This document shows positions 4,542 to 6,802 of a stretch of 6,802 nt of DNA, piece after piece. Under the pieces are notes generated by a model that ran no database searches, was not told the DNA's origin, and saw nothing but the letters and a program-made list of their open reading frames with translations. Numbering within the stretch: the stretch's first letter is position 1; each line of letters opens with the position of its first letter. The translations under genes were made by a program, and so were the position numbers. Source of the stretch: a virus; IMG/VR virus record IMGVR_UViG_3300011982_000008, positions 1 to 6,802 of that record, one strand, 5' to 3'.

Positions 4542-6245
4542 TTAATCAATTTTGCGACTACCAAATAAAACACTATTATTCAACTTCTTAGACTTATTAC
4601 GTTTAGCCAAGCGTTGAAGTTGCTGATTAACATACACTTCAAAAAATGGAGTAGAACAAATGGAATTAAAAACTACTTTATAATAGTCCAATTTACCATA
4701 AGTATAAAAATCACCAAATTCGCACAACTCATCGAGGAATACACGAACATAGGGGTTAGTCATATCAATAGGACTATCACCAAACATAGGCATATTTTCA
4801 GACAATAGCGGATAAGCATCTATCATAGCAGGCTGAAAACCAACCTCATCAACCAAATCATTAAACAAAGTATAGAATTGTATCAATTGGTCAGACTTAC
4901 GCAGAACATCAAACTTATCTAACATCATCACATAAGCGTGAATATCATCTACATAGGGATAAAATCGAGTAAAATTAACCAAACGAACAACTCGCCAAGC
5001 ATGCCGAGAACAATACCAATTTTGGTCAGTATCCATATCAAGAATATTATACTCAAACTCATGATAACGCTTAAGCCAATTCCTATATTTCATATTCGGA
5101 AACTTTCGCAGGTAATCCGTTTCCGAAATTTCATATACAGAATTGTGCGCAGAACTATTTGAATAATAGATAATAGACAATTCTAAGTCTTGTTGCCATT
5201 CAGCTCGATGTCTAGAATAGAATGAATACAATTGTAATTTAAAGTCAAAAGATAAGTCACTATATCCTTTACATTTGCGGAATAAGGAATTGCACAAATC
5301 TGAGTTAAGCGGAATATCAAAGTGTTCGAATTGTTGAGATTGTCGGTTATAGACTTCTCGACCAACGCGGTAAGTTCCTCGATAGACATTTTCGAATATT
5401 TCCTCTCGGTCAACTTTGTAACAACCAATAACTGGGCTTTTAGACTGAATATGAAACGGGCGCGAAGACTTATACTCCAAAACTTGAGGTAAACCAAGAT
5501 TGCCACTAACATACTCCGCAACATAATAGGCTGTGTTCGCATCACACAATTTGATGTAATCTTTGGTAAGGTGTATATTCGCATACGGCCGAAAGTGAAA
5601 AGAATTGCGCTGTCCTCTAACACGTTCGAATTGACCCCACGAACGTACGACAATATCCTTAATCTCTCTGAGAATAACCTCATTATCGAAGAATAAGACA
5701 CCATGATAATGCGGACGATAGGTCTGCGGTCCATATTCGGATGCAATGAAATAACGAATTTTTTTGTCATCATCAATTATATTTAGTTTATCTATCCAAA
5801 AGCGAACACGCTTAATAAAATTCTGAATATCCTTCTTACAACAAGTAGCAAACATATCACCATCACAATCACCTTGAATAACAGGAAGATATGTTTCATA
5901 ATCAATATTCCATTTACCTTTAACCTTATCAAAGTAATTTAAAGGACAAGAATTAAACATGTATTCAACACGACCAATAGGACGTATTTGAGGGCAATCG
6001 TTAGAATCCAAGAATCTTTCCCAACGTGGAATAAACTGATTATCGTAAGTCAAAGTAAACATCATTGAATACTTATGCTTATTTATTTCCTCACGAACAC
6101 GATTAGATTGTTTTGAAGCGGCAGCATTAAGACACGCAGCACACTTACCACAAGGGACAAACATATCCTCGTGTGTCCAGCGGTTAAATGTACGAATAGG
6201 AGCAATACAACCGCCAAATACTTTATAAGCACTAGAATCCATCAT
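4542..6245 (-). CDS. Rolling-circle replication initiator protein (Microviridae VP4/Rep, HUH endonuclease), 567 aa
   Basis: ATG at 6245-6243 and TAA at 4544-4542, both verified on the minus strand. The translation carries the N-terminal Cys cluster PCGKCAACLN (zinc-finger-like, as in gokushovirus VP4), RCR motif I FTLTYD, HUH motif II RPHYHGVLFF and motif III AYYVAEYVSG (paired catalytic Tyr, YxxxY spacing). The ATG overlaps the TGA of the upstream 96-aa ORF (ATGA). At 567 aa it is much longer than the ~300-350 aa typical of gokushovirus VP4, with a ~230-aa C-terminal extension of unknown function. Confidence 0.9.
   Translation of the reverse strand: MMDSSAYKVFGGCIAPIRTFNRWTHEDMFVPCGKCAACLNAAASKQSNRVREEINKHKYSMMFTLTYDNQFIPRWERFLDSNDCPQIRPIGRVEYMFNSCPLNYFDKVKGKWNIDYETYLPVIQGDCDGDMFATCCKKDIQNFIKRVRFWIDKLNIIDDDKKIRYFIASEYGPQTYRPHYHGVLFFDNEVILREIKDIVVRSWGQFERVRGQRNSFHFRPYANIHLTKDYIKLCDANTAYYVAEYVSGNLGLPQVLEYKSSRPFHIQSKSPVIGCYKVDREEIFENVYRGTYRVGREVYNRQSQQFEHFDIPLNSDLCNSLFRKCKGYSDLSFDFKLQLYSFYSRHRAEWQQDLELSIIYYSNSSAHNSVYEISETDYLRKFPNMKYRNWLKRYHEFEYNILDMDTDQNWYCSRHAWRVVRLVNFTRFYPYVDDIHAYVMMLDKFDVLRKSDQLIQFYTLFNDLVDEVGFQPAMIDAYPLLSENMPMFGDSPIDMTNPYVRVFLDELCEFGDFYTYGKLDYYKVVFNSICSTPFFEVYVNQQLQRLAKRNKSKKLNNSVLFGSRKID
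5183..5776 (-). CDS. Candidate overprinted gene: 197-codon ORF in the +1 frame inside Rep (ATG at 5773)
   Basis: Same strand as Rep. The frame offset (6245-5776=469, remainder 1 mod 3) shows it is the +1 frame. It is open for 594 nt in a ~37% GC genome, where other off-frame ORFs top out at 65-80 codons. It starts TTG-ATG-ATG (MMMTKKF...), encodes a basic Leu/Ile/Arg-rich product, and spans the Rep HUH and Tyr motifs. It is analogous to gene B inside gene A of phiX174. Confidence 0.3.
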   Translation of the reverse strand: MMMTKKFVISLHPNMDRRPIVRIIMVSYSSIMRLFSERLRILSYVRGVNSNVLEDSAILFTFGRMRIYTLPKITSNCVMRTQPIMLRSMLVAILVYLKFWSISLRARFIFSLKAQLLVVTKLTERKYSKMSIEELTALVEKSITDNLNNSNTLIFRLTQICAIPYSANVKDIVTYLLTLNYNCIHSILDIELNGNKT

Positions 6246-6532
6246 AATATACGATATACAATCCTACATTTATGGTCAATAGTACTAGAGTCAGCAAACT
6301 CAAGGACTTCAAAATCAATAAGAGTTTTGAGAGAGCCAAATAATTTGTCAAGTTCAGAGGTATATCTGTCATCATAATACAAGATAAAGCCTACTGAAGT
6401 AGGATGCAAATGAATTAACTCAAAATCACTTCCAAGAAGTGTCCTAAGAAACAGGCGGTAAGAATAATACTGAAATGTTCTCATCTTTAAGTTATTTTTT
6501 AATTCAACGGCAAAGATAGAAAAAATAAACAT
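6242..6532 (-). CDS. Hypothetical protein, 96 aa, translationally coupled to Rep
   Basis: ATG at 6532-6530 is verified. The TGA at 6244-6242 overlaps the Rep ATG at 6245-6243, giving the classic ATGA coupling overlap. It is on the same strand as all structural genes and is the first ORF downstream of the putative promoter region. No recognisable motif. It is not strongly basic, so it is probably not a J/VP8-type DNA-binding protein. Confidence 0.5.
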   Translation of the reverse strand: MFIFSIFAVELKNNLKMRTFQYYSYRLFLRTLLGSDFELIHLHPTSVGFILYYDDRYTSELDKLFGSLKTLIDFEVLEFADSSTIDHKCRIVYRIL

Positions 6533-6697
6533 AATGCCAATTATGAAAATGAAATTTATCGAATATATTTAACAAATATTACTACACCCACCCACCTTTT
6601 TAACAAAAATATGAAATTCCCAAAAACACACATACAATAAAACTTCAATAGAAGAATATAAGTTAAAGAGAATTAGATAAATACACATGTTAAGATA

Positions 6698-6728
6698 CTG
6701 GGGGACGGGGCTCCGCCCCATCCCCCAG
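6698..6728. promoter_or_regulatory. Strong G/C hairpin in the control region (14-bp stem, one C·A mismatch, TCC triloop)
   Basis: CTGGGGGACGGGGC-tcc-GCCCCATCCCCCAG; I checked the pairing position by position. It lies ~165 nt upstream (on the transcribed strand) of the first gene (96-aa ORF, then Rep). It is the only such GC-rich structure in the otherwise AT-rich upstream region. Candidates are a Rep-recognised origin hairpin, a packaging signal or a terminator of read-round transcription. Confidence 0.5.
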
Positions 6729-6739
6729 ACCCCCACCCC
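6716..6739 (-). other. Canonical G-quadruplex motif on the minus (predicted virion/mRNA-sense) strand: GGGG-T-GGGGG-TCT-GGGGG-AT-GGGG
   Basis: Read directly from the sequence. The plus strand has C-tracts 6716-6719, 6722-6726, 6730-6734 and 6736-6739 with 1-3 nt spacers (i-motif-capable). The complement therefore has four G-tracts of at least 4 with loops of 1, 3 and 2 nt. The motif overlaps the 3' arm of the hairpin at 6698-6728, so the two structures are mutually exclusive. Confidence 0.5.
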
Positions 6740-6802
6740 TGTACTAGACAAACAGAATTACTCACGCGCACGCACGTATAGAGGTCACGCGCGCACGATT
6801 AG
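6726..6802. repeat. Second copy of the terminal overlap (= 1-77); not an independent locus
   Basis: Exact duplicate of 1-77. Confidence 0.95.

Noticed and set aside
4614-5162. Plus-strand ORFs 4614..4808 and 4938..5162 antisense to Rep, and 1258..1464 / 1468..1671 off-frame in VP2
   Set aside because: They are short (64-74 aa), antisense or off-frame within strong genes, and unremarkable. Only the 197-codon +1 ORF in Rep stands out statistically and is reported separately.
6569-6751. 60-aa minus-strand ORF spanning the G4/hairpin element, and plus-strand ORF 6171..6377
   Set aside because: The first initiates inside the terminal-overlap and G4 region and translates the G/C hairpin (GVGVWGMGRSPVP), so it is almost certainly a structural element, not a gene. 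The second is antisense to the Rep / 96-aa ORF junction.
1-6802. Possibility that this is an integrated prophage with host flanks, or that it contains tRNA, CRISPR or integrase
   Set aside because: The two ends are identical (circular permutation), so there is no host DNA. No tRNA cloverleaf candidates, no repeat-spacer array, and no tyrosine/serine recombinase-sized ORF are present.

Overview
The window is a complete circular ssDNA phage genome of about 6,725 nt. Positions 1-77 are identical to 6726-6802, which is the usual overlap left when a circular contig is linearised. Gene content and order place it in the Microviridae, gokushovirus/alpavirus-like. All convincing genes are on the window's minus strand. 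In transcription order (6245 down to 851) they are: a 96-aa ORF coupled by an ATGA overlap to a 567-aa rolling-circle Rep (VP4: N-terminal CGKCAAC zinc motif, FTLTYD, HYHGVLFF, YYVAEYVSG); a 551-aa major capsid protein (VP1, N-terminal RNAFDLS...FFVPYSQMW signature); a 137-aa acidic VP3-like scaffold; and a 436-449 aa Gly-rich/Q-rich VP2-like pilot protein. Coding DNA is about 35-40% GC and no gene has a Shine-Dalgarno sequence, which fits a Bacteroidetes-type host. About 1.3 kb (6533-6725 and 1-850) is non-coding and unusually elaborate for a microvirus. It contains a 14-bp G/C hairpin overlapping a canonical four-tract G-quadruplex motif on the predicted virion strand, two alternating purine-pyrimidine (Z-prone) tracts, a bidirectional terminator-like hairpin, a roughly 290-bp GC-rich island (about 57% GC) saturated with CGCT/TTCGCT motifs and short GC stems but with no believable ORF, and iteron-like direct repeats. 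Further candidates are a 197-codon ORF open in the +1 frame inside the Rep catalytic core (possible overprinted gene), three tiny hydrophobic or Lys-rich ORFs wedged between genes or antisense, and a terminator-like hairpin immediately upstream of VP2. No tRNA, CRISPR array, integrase or host flank is visible.
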